Positions 37,701-52,700 of a stretch of 64,000 nucleotides of DNA are shown here, one piece after another; the first letter of the stretch is position 1; each line of letters opens with the position of its first letter. Made by a program: the position numbers and the translations under genes. Source of the stretch: Antedon mediterranea (lineage: Eukaryota > Animalia > Echinodermata); the NCBI RefSeq assembly GCF_964355755.1, contig NC_092672.1, forward strand, positions 20,659,237-20,723,236, read 5' to 3'. Below the pieces are notes generated by a model. The model had not been told where the DNA came from, ran no database searches, and was given only the letters and a program-made list of their open reading frames with translations.

Positions 37701-40700
37701 AAATGCTTTTGATAAATCTTAAAAATAAATTGTTTTCAAATGCAGTATTAACAGAATTAGTGAGTTCAAGAAAAGCATGACAAGTGGTATTGTATGCATA
37801 CATTTTCAATATTTTGGAAAAATGGGTAAAATTAAGATTGGTATAATGATTAATACTGTATATAAAGTAGATTCGTTTTTAAATACAGGATTAACTTTTA
37901 ATATGATTAGGTAATTAACCCATCATGAATGATAAATTAATGCTGTATGTGAGATGGATAATAATTAACAGCAACCTGTTTAAGAATCATGCCCTCAACC
38001 TTTACTTGAATTCAAATTACTAATTATATTAAGCACTTCTATTTCAGATATAAATGAGGGGCTATATCTTTGCCATTTTTAGGAATATAGAATTCCAAGT
38101 AGTTTTACAAATTTCTGAAAAATAATCATTACATTCTGGCTAATTATGTTTGTATCATACATATTCATCATTCATTTTTTAAACATGAGGTGTATTTTCA
38201 CTTTCTTTACCAGGATTAATTACAGAATGTATTACTTATTTTTTATGTTAAATTTAATCTGATTGAATTTATTTTTTTTTTTAATTTGACAGAGTGCAGT
38301 AATAATGTTGCTTTACTTTTTATATCTTGAGATATTGGAACATTTATGAATTTGTTAAAGTTTATGCTTATGTTTACTAAATTTATTTAGGTTGGGTGGG
38401 TAGAGGGATGTCGTCCATAGTTGTTTTAGTGTTTTTTTCTTGAACTGCAAAAAGCTTATAAAAAAATGTATCAAACATTAGAATTAACTGTACAGTTTGA
38501 GAAAGATAAAAGCAAAATGCACCTACAGTATATCTCTAATTCAGTATGAATGGTCAAGAACGTCAACCTTATTTAATGTTAATCATAATCAATTATTTTT
38601 AAACTTGGTAATTGATCAGAGATTTCTGAATTGTAATACCCGATAAAATATCAAAATTGGTAGGTCTATGGTTTGTGAAAAACAGTGGTGGCGCCAGCGG
38701 GGGCCTACCGGGGCTCTAGACCCCTTATCGGGGAGCCTAGCCCCCCCCAGGTACTTTTTGTTGGGGAATATAATATACAGTAAAAATCGTTTGCGTTCAC
38801 TTCGTAGCTTCAGCGCCTAGAAAACTGCGACGTTCCATTGACCGTGAGTACGTCAGAGGGTTATTATGCACTTTATATGCATTCATTATTGCCAGCGATC
38901 TAACTACTAGCTAGGTACGCACTTGTCTGGCGGTATCCCTTTGTACGAATCGTTCAAGGTTGGGTCCAGATGCGTGATATCATGTTCCATCCAGGGACCA
39001 AAAGTGTACTGTGTAGTTACTTTCCAGGCGAAGTTTAGCGACGGTTACGTCGTGTACTGTGTGTCGACAGACGCTACACTACAGGAAAAACGAATTATGT
39101 TGTTCGTATGTTCACCAATTTTTTTATTTACAAGTAACGCTCTGTACCATGGGGCACCTAAAATAAATATTTCATACATTACTAAACAAAAAAACATACA
39201 ATTTTTGCTTAGCCAACATCTTATTATAGCTAAGTTATTAAATTGTCAATGTCCTGTATGTCATGAACTTCTCACCACTCGGAAGTCCAGATGGTACGAA
39301 GGCATACACTTGGGAGGTATAAACTGATTTCCTCGACTGAAAAGGGTCTACGCTTGTGGACGCACCCATCCCCCCACCCAAATAAAGGCAAAACGGACCA
39401 CTTTTTTAAGCCTGCAGCTCTAGTTTTAAACATTTTAGCTCAGCTCCAACCATAAGTCGGTCATATTTCAAAGTTCAATAAGTGCATTTTCCGGGACCTA
39501 ACAGCTCTATTTTTCCAAAATTTCTTAGCTAAGTCACAACCATGATAGTGACTTGTATATTTTCTTTCATGTTTTGAAGTTTAATAAGTCCAATTTCTAG
39601 GACCTCCAACTCTATTTTTCTAAATTTTATTAGCTCCATCCCAACCATGGTTGTCTGGTTCTGTAGACTTGTAATTTCAGGTCAGCCCAAGGAAATTTAC
39701 AATTTTTGCATCCCCAGACAGCAACCAGCCTACGCCTCTGCGATATACAATATAGGCCTACCTCTTCGTCTGTGGGTACCGTACGTTTTACGTTCGCGTA
39801 TATTAATTTTTCTATGCTACAATTTAACCAATAAATAAAGGCATATTTTGAACTGAATTGAAAAATATGGATAGAATCATTGCGCATCGTTTTTTTGCAC
39901 GCAGTATTTTATTTATGCATTATAAAAAATGGAAAAAAGTGGCTATCCTAAATCTGATTAAAATGGCCTCAAATGACGCTAGAACGCGTTGCTTCCGGAG
40001 GCTTCGCCGCTTGGACCCCCACCGGAGACCCTTGGCACTGGCCCCCAGCTTAGTGATGCTTCGCTAGATAGCCCCCTCGTCGAGGAATGTATTGTAGCCC
40101 CCGCATCAGGAAGATCCTGGCGCCTGTAAAATAAGTTCTGCATTATATATATAGGTAACTTTATTTCAAAAATGTAACAAAACCACGCACTGTGGATTTA
40201 CAAAATCTGATACGTTCTTATATGCATGCATCCTACAACAACAAAAAATATAAAATTATGTAAAAATAAAGATTCAAAATAACAAAAGCCACTTATCTCT
40301 GTTGCTGGCAATCTCACGCAAATTAATTAGGTCGTTTAAATTATTTATCTTAAAATTTCTGATAAATAAATCATTTCTAAGTGTACTTAACAGATTGGTT
40401 TGATGTTTTCCAATTCGCCCTTTTATTGGATTAGAGTGTACTATACCAAAAACCAATGCTGAAAAAGCAGGAGTATCTTCACTCATTCTAAGTATATGGC
40501 CAAGCATAGACCAATCCTTTGGTCCAACTCCCAAATTATAATTTTGTCTCTAACCACAGAACCCATAAAGACGGTGGAGGAGTCGCCATGTATATCCTTG
40601 ATACTCTACAATTCTCCATTAGAAGTGACCTACACCCACACCCTTCCAACTGCGAATCCATCTTTATTGAAATTAAACGGCCTCATCACAAAAACATTAT

Positions 40701-43700
40701 AGTGGGTACTGTATATAGACCCCCCTCCTCTGACCCAAATCAATTCTTAATTGAACTTGACATTGTCCTTTCCAATTTAACAAAAGAAAATAAAAATGTT
40801 TATATTCTTGGAGACTTTAACATTGACATTCTTAAACATGAATCCGACAATACTGCCCGTCAATTCATTAACACACTGTTTAGCAATCACTATCTTCCAC
40901 TTATCGACAGACCATCCAGAATAACAAATTCCACAGCCTCATTATTAGATAATATTATTACAAATCAATTTGATTGTTCTCATATAACTTATAAGTGGTC
41001 TGCTATATAGTGATATCTCTGATCATCTCCCTGTTTTTAATATTTCAAACCTCTCTGATAGTTTTGCCACTAGCTCAAACAATGAAGAGATCCCATCTCT
41101 CAGACAGATTAACAATACGTCTCTTAACAACTTTTACCATGATGTCTCTAATCAAACTTGGTTTGATATCCTTAATTCTAATGATCCTGACTTTGCTTAT
41201 GACCTCTTTGATAACACACTTAAAGCCCTTTATGACCAACACTTCCCGTTACTGAAAAGGAACAATACAAACAAGAACAAAAAAATTAAATCTTGGATGT
41301 CAAATGGACTGCTAAAATCAATAAAGTATAAACATAAACTCTATGCAAAATTTCTTCACCGCCCTTCTCCTGCCAATGAAATCAAATATAAACGATATCG
41401 TAATAAACTTAACTCCACTATCAAAATTGCCAAAAGAATCCACTTTCATGATATTTTCACCAAGCAAAAAAATGATATTAAGGCAACCTGGAAATCAATT
41501 AACTCTTTATTGAACCATAAAAACCGAAACCAACACAAAGGCAATACCCCTGTCAACTGTAACGGAGTACCAACTAAAGACCCCGTCATTATTTCTAAAG
41601 CATTTAATGATTTTTTTGTCGAAATCGGACCCTCTCTTGCTAACAAAATCCCTCCCAGCAATGTTTCTTTCAAAGAATTTCTTCCTCAACCAAATCCGAA
41701 ATCAATGTTCTTAACCCCCGTCCTAGAAGAGGATATCATAAGAATTATCTCCTCCTTCGATAACAATAAAGCTCCTGGTACTGATGATTTCCATACTAAA
41801 GCCATTAAACATGTTATAAACCTTATCTCCCTTCCCTTGTGTCACATTTTTAATCTTGTCCTCTGCAAAGGTGTTTTTCCGAACAGGTTGAAGCTGGCGC
41901 GCGTTACCCCTGTTTACAAATCTGGCCCCAAATCCAACCTTTCTAACTATCGTCCTATCTCCATCCTGTCAATCTTTTCGAAAGCCTTGGAAAGAATTAT
42001 CTATGATAGAACATTTTCATTTATCAGCAAACATAACATCCTCTTCAAGAGACAATATGGCTTTAGAAAAGGACATAACACCTCCATGGCTTTGATCGAC
42101 CTCACTAACAAAATTATTCATGCATTCGAAAATCGTCAATTTGGAATCGGACTTTTCATCGACCTTTCCAAGGCTTTCGACACCATTGATCATAATATTC
42201 TTCTTTTTAAATTGTCTCACTATGGAATCCGAGGACCCGCCTTAAACGTTTTCAAAAGCTATCTCACTAACCGCTCCCAATGTACTAAATATTTTAACTC
42301 TATTTCTAATTTTTGCCCTATCACCTGTGGCGTTCCCCAGGGCTCCTTACTTGGCCCGCTTCTGTTCACCTTTTACATTAATGATATCCACCGAACCTCA
42401 AACCTGCTAAATTTTTTTCTATATGCTGATGACACTACAGTTTTTCATGCCAACAAAAATATCCAAACTCTTTTTGACACCTTTAATACCAACGTTATCC
42501 CCTTGTCCCAGTACTTTATTGCCAACAAACTCTCCCTCAATCATAATAAATGTAGTTACATCCTATTCGGAACCCCGCAGTTGACTAGAGGTATTGATGT
42601 GTCCCCATTTAAAGTCGTTATTGATAATCAAGAAATCCCCTCTGTTAAGTATAATAAATTTCTTGGCATTATCATCGACAACTCTCTCTCATGGAAACCC
42701 CATATCCAAGAAATTGAGAACAAAGTGTCTAAGAACCTTGGGATCATTTCTAGGCTTTCTTCCTTCCTCCCAACTAATATTCTCAGGACCCTTTATTGCA
42801 CACTCATCCTTCCTTATTTGAGCTATGGTAACATTGTCTGGGCCAACACTTACCCTTCAAACATCATTAAACTCTCTATCCTACAAAAAAAAGCTATCAG
42901 GACTATATCTGGCGCTCATCCACTGTCACATTCCTCCCACTTATTCTCCAAACTCAATCTTCTCAAACTCTCGGACATTAACCTATCCCAGCAAGGTGTC
43001 TTTGTTTTTTTGGCCACTCACTCACTTCTCCCTTGCCATCTAAACGACCTTTTCGCTCCTAATAATACCGTTCATAAATATTATACTAGAACAAGAAATA
43101 ACATATATATCCCTAACCATAACACCAATTATTTTCAACATAGCATTAGATATTCTGGACCTCTATTGTTTAACAATTTACCCCCCTCAATTTCCTGTGC
43201 TGCCAACCGCTCTTCATTTAATAATAACATAAAAAATTACCTTTTGTCTCATTACTGATCGATATGATTGATATGGTCGTTTTTTCCATGTTCCGTGACT
43301 TGCTATCTTTATTATTCAATTGTCATCATATTCGCTATATGCCATGCAGCTGTACTTTTTTCTGTTCTTTTTTTATTTTTTATTCCAACTTTTATCTACT
43401 GGTTTTATATATATTTTGTATTTCTTTATTGTCTAATTAATTTATTTTCTTTATTTATATATTTTTTTTTTTTTTTTCTTCTCTTATTTAAATATTTTGT
43501 AAAGGCAATCCCGTCACAAGATTGTAATCTTTTTGGGATTTGCCTTCGTCCATTTTCTTGTTTTATCACTTGCCATTTTGTTTTTGTTACTTTTGTCTTT
43601 TGGACGTGAATAAATGTTCCTTGAATTGAATTGAATTGACCTATGTTTATTTACATTCTCAGATAAAGGGTTACCAAATATAACTTATTATTGCTAATCT

Positions 43701-46700
43701 TTTTCGGATATTTCACATCAATTATAGTTCTTAAGTGGGACCTATGACAGGTATCAATTTTTTACATAACAACTTTGGGAGCAGACCAGCTATTGCAATT
43801 ATACAATAAAATAGATACTACTAATACATTATATAACTTGAGTTTCAAATCAGTTGCAATATTTTTCTTAAGCCACACATTATTAAAGTTGTTAAATGCT
43901 ACATTTGCTAATATAATTCTATGCTTAATATCTTTAGTAGTATCTAAAAATGAACCTAAGACCCTATGAGACCTCCATACTTCAGATTTTGGGTCCTTAC
44001 TATCAATAAACACATGGTTAAACTCAGTCTTGCTTTCATTAATAAATAAATTCCAATCTTTAAAAACAGCAATTGGCAAGACATTATCAAGTTCGCTCTT
44101 GAGTTCAGAAAGAAAGTCAATATCGTCAGCATAGGAGAATTCAAGCGGGAAACATTTAATGTCAATTGGTGGATTAGGTCTGAAAGTAGTCATTATAGCT
44201 CTTAACTGGTACAAGCTCCAGCAAATGTGATAGTAAAAAAAGTCCTGATAAACAATCGCCTTGAAACGAACCTATTACAGATTCAAACGAACTGGAAAGT
44301 TTACCACCAACTTTTACTTTGTAGTTTGGTATTTGACAACATAAACCTAACTAGGCGTATGTCATCGTCAGAACAACCAGCATCGCTTAGTAAACGTAAC
44401 ACAGTACCACGTTTAATAGTATCAAACGCAAGACATGTCTAAACCCATTTTGTAGAATTCGGTTTTCCAGGTTTTTGCAGGGGTATAATTAAACCTTCAG
44501 TTATACTCTGCAGATGTATATTTCTTTCAAAACATTGATTAATGATGCAAGCGTAAAGCACATAGACATCATCACTCGCATACTTGAACAATTCTGGTGA
44601 AATCTTGTCAGATCCACAAGCTTTATTATTTTTTAAAGAGGAAGCAGTATTAGCCACTTCACTGACCGTTATTGGGTAGTTTAACTTTCTTGGTGGACCA
44701 TCAAATGCGTTTATTGGATCAATGCTGACATCAGTTAACTGTTTGCAAAACCAATCTTTCACGACTTCTGCTTTCTTTTGATTTGAATAAATTGCACTTC
44801 CGTCATACTCATTTGCCATACTCTCCGCCATACTCTCCTTTATTCCTTTCAACAACATCACCACCAACTCCAACCACCTCCTGGTTATAGTCACCACCAC
44901 CAATCCCAAGAATGATGATGCAGAATTTGGTTGAGAGCTAAAGTGATCTTTTAATACACACCACAATTATAGTTCTTTGTTATTAGGTTGTAATTATTTT
45001 TTCCATATACAATATAAGATACAGATAGTATATCTGCCACATTTATTCTTTATACTCAGGATTAACAAACATAAATAAAACTGAAATAGCGGCACAAATA
45101 TAATTTTGTAAGTTATTTACCGTACCTAGTTTTTAACAAATCACCTTACATAATAATTACAGTATCAAACCACCATTACAATGTCATACAAAATGTATAA
45201 ATAAACAAATCATCATTAGCATAACTAGGTGATGATTGATCCATAGCAATATTTTAGTCTATTTAAAAAAATGTTTATTTCTTAAAATTTATTTAGATAT
45301 ACATACACACATAGTAAATTATAGTAAACAAAAAATAAATGGAAATTGTTTAACACTAAACAACCTACATTAGAGGTGAAATACCACTAAGAAACACAAG
45401 AAAGCAGAACTTAGACTTAAATGTTCTACACAACTGTAACAAGTTCAGAGTGTATCCAACATTTAACATTATGACATATTTTAGACCACTGACAATGGTG
45501 ATCACCAGTGCTTCGCAAAGTCTGCAGTTGCACTTTATATCATGTTTTATTCATTCATATTTATCTCCATCATCCAACTTTATCAAACAAAACTTTTTTG
45601 AGGATAAACATACAGTAGCTATATGTATGGTTCAACTTTAATAATTTTAAAAAGTTTAACATTTTCTAACATTAATGTTAAAAGATTACTTTTAAAAGAA
45701 CTTATATTAAAATTTCAATTTTCAGTACAAGCTATTTAACAATTTTAAAAAATATATGCCAAGTTATTGTAGCATAACTTTATATTTTAATCAATGGATG
45801 TAAATGACTTTGCATTATATAAATGTATTACAATTGTTTATAAACTCTTAATTGTTGTAGATTCTATTTCAGTACAACCTTTTTTTAAAACTAATATTGA
45901 CCTTGGTTTGTCCTTGTTTCAGTTTGATGGTCCTACCTTTTCAATAGAATTACATTCATGTTCACAGAGTAAATTAAGATGTATCTCCTTTAAAATTAAA
46001 TTCAATAAAACTATATCCCATAACAATTTTCCTATGAATAAATAGATGGAATTATTCGTAGTTTATTGATTTGATTCAGACCAATTTCATACAGATTTAG
46101 CAATATTTTTTTCATTTTTTAACTAATAATATGCATAGAAAATGTTTATTTTACAACTACAATACCTCATTAAGTAATTCATTTATTTACTTTTTTATGG
46201 CTTTAACTAGTTGAATTCTCTCATGGTACCAATATAAAGTCTTAATCGGCAATATCTATTGATCATACATTCTAATAATTTATGTTTCATAATTTTTTGG
46301 ATTTTATTGTGTTACAATAAAGGAAAAATAAACGGTGCGGGAAAAAACATTATCAGATGACTAAATATATGTAATATAACGTTTCAATACATTTCTGGTG
46401 TTTTTGTGCAACTTCAAATTTTTATTTTTGTGCTATAGTTTAGTAGTAAACTAAATTTATCTTCCCATTTCCACCCTTTAAGACAGAATAGTCCAACTTC
46501 CCTTCCCCTGTAGTAGAGCACCGTATCAAGAATGTTAAATAACAGACAAGAGACATAAAATTGCTTGTCTACATACACTTTATTCACAGTACACATTTGG
46601 CTGAATACATATAACAACATTACTATAAGCCCAACAACTGGGAAACCTTTAAGATGTGGCTTAACTTTCATTGGTCATGCTTTATAACAACCTACCTTCA

Positions 46701-49700
46701 ACCCCTGCGTTAGCGGCTGCGGTAACACTAACCCAGCGAATGCTATGCAGTCCAAATAGATACTCATTGTACCCACATCTTCGTAAAATATCCTTAAACA
46801 GCACGGCAGCGTGAATAGGACATCTTTCTAGCATGTGGCTACTAGTTGATTTCACTGACTAAATAGTGCTAATGTGGTTCTATGCCTTCTACTCTCTCTA
46901 TCAGCATGTATAAAGACCCAGGTATCTGTGTCCAACAATAATGTCCAACCACCAATAGTTTTGATAGTTCAAACACTGAATTATTTAATATTTTAAATAA
47001 ACCAAAATAAATTTACACTATCTAGTATCTTTGTAAAAAATTTATAAAATATGCACTTGATGTTAATTTTCCTTTTATCCAAACCTTGTATTATTTTAGA
47101 TAAATACAGAATTTAATTTACAGTATTTTGGTACAAAACTATGGAACCAAGACCTTCTGTTTCTGAATTATTTCTTGTAGATGTTAAAACTTTGATTAGT
47201 TTTATAAACTACACCTTTTCACCTTCTGTCAATTATATAAGAATGTATTTATTCTGTTACTGACATTCAATGATTCAGGTTTCTCCTTCATCTAATGTTC
47301 AAGCAGCATTGTTATAATTTTTTTTTATTGAGAATTGTCCTATAATTTCACATATAAATTCATTATTCCCTCAGATTTGGAATCAAAATAAAATGTACAA
47401 TGACTTAGGAATGTATTTAATAATTGCCTTGATTTAATGCACAACTATTAATTTAGATTGTATACTGGCTTTTTCTTTTATCCAAATGTACATATGAAAA
47501 ACATAAGCACTCATTTGAGGACTTGTGATGAGTTGAAAATCAAATAACAATATTATCAAGTTAAAGTTCACTACACTTTTTTCTGTAATGGTCAAATGAA
47601 TACAAAACAGAAAATATATTTAGGTTACATTTGTTTAAAAAGTAGCATGAAAATATATAAAATAAAATACATGAATAAAGGTAATGACCATTACAGGAAC
47701 CAGAACTTAAAACTAATAAATAAATTCAAAAGAAATATAGACAATAGCATATTATTTCATCAGAAAAGTAGTTGGACAGATAATGATTTTTCAAATATCA
47801 TTTAAAAGTTTTTACAATTAGAAACAATGATTAAATCAAGACTATTCCACTTATATTTGGGGTATCACTTGGTTTGTCAATTAAAAAATTTAATATATTT
47901 TTGTTAAATACTTAATTTTGTAGTTAAGCATCATTTGTTGGTTTATAATTGCTAAACCTTCACTCTCGGATTAGAGAGGGCGTAATCACCAGCCCAAACA
48001 ATTTTACAGTACTGTATAAGTAAAACATTTTATTTTAATTTCTTTAGAATACCAATATATTTAGATATTTGATTTGATAAAAATTGTTGGCAGCCAATAA
48101 TCTAAAAGACCAAGGATTGATACTTCACTTTTTCTTTAAATTAATTTTCTATTAAAAAACATAACAATTGTTGTTTGTAAGTTTATATCTAATACAATTA
48201 GTTTTAGCTGTATTAATTAATAATTGGTTTGTAGTAAACCATTCACTAGCTTATTTAAATCTAAATTTAAAAATTTCAACAAGACATCAATATTGTTATT
48301 AAAATATAATAAAGTTGTATCATCTGCAAAAAAAGGGTTGTCTGGAAGATTTACTAATTATTAATTTGAAATAATGATTTTCATCTGTAAAATAGCTTTT
48401 ACACTAATCTAAGAAAGGCCCCAAAATACCATAACAAAACAACTTGAAAATATTATGGTTAACAACATCAACATTTTAGAAAATCTAGAAAAGTACTTCA
48501 TAAAATTAATTGTTTTCAAATGCAGTATTAAGGGAATTAGTGAGTTCAAGAAAAGCATGACAAGTGGTATTGTATGCATACATTTTTTATTATTTTTTGA
48601 AAAAAAATGGGTAAAATTAAGATTGGTATAAAAGTATCCGTTTTTAAATACAGGATTAACTTTTAATATGATTAGGAACAGAACCCATCATGAATGATGG
48701 CTTATAATTAATGGCGCAACCTTTTTAAGAATCATGCCCTCAACCTTTACTAGAATATAAATTATTAATTATATTAAGCACTTCTGTTTCAGATATAAAT
48801 GAGAGGCTATATGGGAGGTGGTAATTAAGAGATTAGGTCTTTGGTATTTTTAGGAATATAGAATTACAGGTAGTTCTACACATTTTTGAAAAATAATCAC
48901 TGAATTCTGGCTAGTTAGATTTGTATAATATTCATCATTCATGTATTTTTACTTTCTCTACCGGGATTAATTACAGAAATTTTTACTTCTCATTTTTTTT
49001 AAATGTTACATTTAATCTGATTGAATTTAGTTTTGTAGCATTTTTTTCATTTGAAGTGCAGCAGTAATGTTGCTATACTTTTTATATCTTGAGATATCGG
49101 AACATTTATGAATTTATTTAAAGTTTATGCTTACGTTTACTAAATTTATTTAGGTGGAGTGGGTAGAGGAATGTCATCCATAGTTTTTTTAGTGTTGTTT
49201 TTTTCCTTGAACTGCAAAAAGTTTATTTAAAAAAATGTATCCAACATTAGAATTAACTGTACAGTTTAGACCAATCAGTTGCAAAATGCACCTATATCTC
49301 TAATTCAGTATGAATGTTCAGGAACGTCAACCTATTTTAAAGTTAATCATAATCAATTATTTTTTAAATAGGTAAATGATCAGAGATGTCTGTAAAAATG
49401 TGTGTAAAAATAAGTTCTGCATTAATTTATTTTTTTTTCTCGTTGGTTTATAAATCGTAGGGAAAAAAGAACAATAATTGATAAGATGATACAAAATAAT
49501 TATTAATTAGATTATGCTTATTAATTTGATTAAAACAATGTTGTATTTTCTCACAATATTCCAAAATCTTCATGATTTAAATTTTGAAAACAATTAATTT
49601 ATAATAACAGCAAAATGTTCTATGTTATTATATTTCAGTTGACTTAAATAAAGCCAATTATAAAATTCTTTTTTGTTTTATTGATTTATAAAAAGCTAAT

Positions 49701-52700
49701 CAGATAGTTCTTTTGTCAATAATAAATCTGGTCATATTTTGTAATAAATAAAAACTGAAATAAAATGTTCATAACATATTTTATTAAATACATTATGCAT
49801 ATTACAAAGATGGTAGCCGGTAGATCATCTATCACATAAAAGTTTGTTGTCTTCAAATCATTGCCTTAGCTTTTCGAATCACAATGGATCTCTACAAATG
49901 ATAATGTGTCTTGGGCATAGATCTTCACCTTAATTTTTCCAGTTCAGTATGCATTTTCAATCGAAATATTATTTACGCCAAGATCAGTTTTAAATATGTT
50001 CTTTACAAGTTGCATTTGATCTTTTCCTTGATGTCACCAAATCTTAGAATTTCTTTCAACTGGTAGCAATTCAGCTTTCATGTAGAGTATCCTGTTTAGA
50101 TTTAATGTTCACACATTCATGTCAAACTATCCGTTGTAGCTTTAAATTTATCCTTAGTTTTATTTTGAAGTTCCATAACATTTCTGTTTAGCAATGATTG
50201 TTAGCCTTGCTTTAGTGATGATCTTTCCTTGTCAATCCTAGTATTTATGTCAGCTGCTAAGCTACTGTACCCATGGCTTTAAATTTGCCGAATGATCAAC
50301 TGTTGGGGATTAAATATTATGCGGAGCAACTATGTCTTCACTCAGAGATGTCCATAGCACTTCAATTTTACTGTAAAGAAGAATTTGGGTTCTCTACACT
50401 AAGGTTATTCACATGACGGTATGTAATAGTGATATGTAAAAGGAATTTAATAATAAATCATAATCATCAGAAATATAAAAATTTATTTAATTAATACAAA
50501 TTGTTCAATATAAATTAAAATATTTAATATTCCTAGAGTATTATCACAAATAGATAATCATTTCAATTTGTAGCATTCAAAATACAGTAGGAAGATTAGT
50601 TTATAATTTTATAATTCTATTACTCGATGGGTAGACACCCCAACAATTTATTTTTTTTAACTCCATCTTTGGTATTGCATTCTTTGAAAATTACCTTTTT
50701 TTTTCAATGAGCTTGCCTGAATCTTCGACTGTCTGGTGTTTTCAATTCTCCTTCTCCTTCCTTTTTATTTGGATATAATATCATATTTTGTATCAGCTTC
50801 TTTCCAACTTTTTTATTTTTTTTTGGGAGCCTAGGCGTAAAGTTTTTAAGCTTATGTAGGTTTCCTTCCACACATACTATGTTTTTTATTGGTTATCACA
50901 AGTGTTTATATAATTATTATTTTTATTATTCAATATTTATTGAATATTGAATAAACAAATCAAATCAAATAAAAGAAATCATAATATAATAATTTTGTGT
51001 ATGCTAAATGCCTTAGTAAACAACTCACATGTTGTACAGTATACGAATACCATTGGGCTACTGGTTTAAATTTTGGTTTATATCTAGTAAGACTAATAAT
51101 ACAATTAATGTGCATTACTAGAGTAAGCTAAGCTAGTGGCATGTTTTTGAAATTAAAATGACCATTTTAATTAACTGACAAATATAAATGAAAGTGAAAT
51201 ATTGTTTAATAGTGAGTATACGTGTATTCTTTAAATGTTATGATTTTCTAAAAACCAATAGAGTTAGCCGAGGCCTCTAGGCATATAATACATAGCAGAC
51301 AATATTTTTGAATAGAATAAATAAATAAAATACTTTTTGTCTTTTTTTAATTGGACAATTGGATTAATAAATACATTTATAGTTGTGACTACATTCAGGT
51401 TTCCTGTAAATAATTTCATTTTTTTTTCTGTTACTTATTCATTTTTTCATTCATACTTCAAATTATGTCACTGTAGTAAAAGAATTGTCAGGAAATGATG
51501 TCATGCAACATGGAAATATTGCTGTTTCAGGACATGACATCATAACTCAGGTTTCAATAGGCATACAGCAAAGACTCTCCTAATATTAACCATGATTTGT
51601 ATGGTTTCCTAATATCTGACAGTACTTATGTTGTTGCACCATCTGGTAAACAATCACAATCTGTATACTCAAATGTTTCTTTAATATTTTTGAGCTGGGT
51701 CTTTAGGCTTTTACAGTTTTTAATATTCTATTCATGTATTTTATTTTAACCCTAAACTTGTAACTGTGATATTCATAAACTCCAACAGTGTATTTTTGTT
51801 ATGTCACTAACAAACTTCCTTCTCATTTTTTAACAAAATTTCTAAAATTTTCTTAACAAACTCAGAAATCCATTCATACAACACTAGGGCCTCACACGCC
51901 CTTCATCTTCCTTTAACTAAACTTTCTTTAATTCAACACAATGTCCGATCTAATGATTTTTGTCGACCGCTTTTTGTCTCCTCTGCCCCATGGCTACTAA
52001 ATTACAATAATTACCATTTATATCAATTATTGTCTTTATGCTTCCTGTTTGTTTTTTTTTGTGTGTGTTTTGTTCTGTCTTTTTGTTGTTCTTTTTAGTC
52101 GCGTGGACGCGACTCTATAGTTCACCATGTCGGTCTGTCGGTCTGTCTGTCGGTCCGGTATCACTATTTTAGAACGCGACTTATGGCTGTTGGCCTTGTT
52201 TTTTTTTCAGTACACACAATATGTTACATTTATTGTACCTGGCTTGCCTACCACAAGTGTCAATTAGAGTAATCCAATTGATGTATAACTTCTAGCTTCT
52301 TCTTTTTAGCATTTTCAAAAAATTTGTTTATTTTTTGAAGCAGGATTATATTTATTATTTATTTTAATTATTTATTTTTGTCAAATGTTAACGTTTTATT
52401 TGAAAGAAGAAGTAATAAATGTTACTTGAAATGAAATGAATTTATAAATTACTATTAACTATTAGGGAAGAAATCAAATCAAATAGTTTATTCATATCAA
52501 CGATATTGCAAAATTATTTATGGAGTATGAACAAATTATCTATGTGTTAACTGTTTTTATTAACTTTTTTAAATTGTATTAATCTATTAATCAATTTTTC
52601 CTGTTATAATCTTTTGTGGTCATTTTTAGATTATATTTTGTATTGTTTTTAATATGCACACATTATGTTTGTGAACAAGCTCCATTACAAAAATGATTTT

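Larger units (their letters stand above)
29534..40145. repeat. Segmental duplication unit A (paralog of 44803-49424, enlarged by insertions)
   Basis: Colinear blocks: 29534-30059 with 44803-45318, 33396-33700 with 45311-45657, 34430-35245 with 45657-46440, 36933-38630 with 47835-49392, and 40125-40145 with 49403-49424. Confidence 0.92.
40146..44802 (-). mobile_element. Degenerate 5'-truncated RTE-clade LINE, split by a nested LINE
   Basis: Peptides [45 protein letters not shown], and KHR|WSMLGHILR joined across the insertion. The 3' end has AATAAA near 40160. Confidence 0.88.

Noticed and set aside
38923-39327. 134-aa ORF
   Set aside because: Lies inside the hAT-like element with no recognisable transposase or other domain.
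43268-43609. Hydrophobic 113-aa membrane-protein-like ORF
   Set aside because: T-rich 3' UTR of the L2/Crack LINE.
44439-44966. 175-aa ORF as a gene
   Set aside because: Chimeric read-through from duplicated intron DNA into the truncated RTE ORF.
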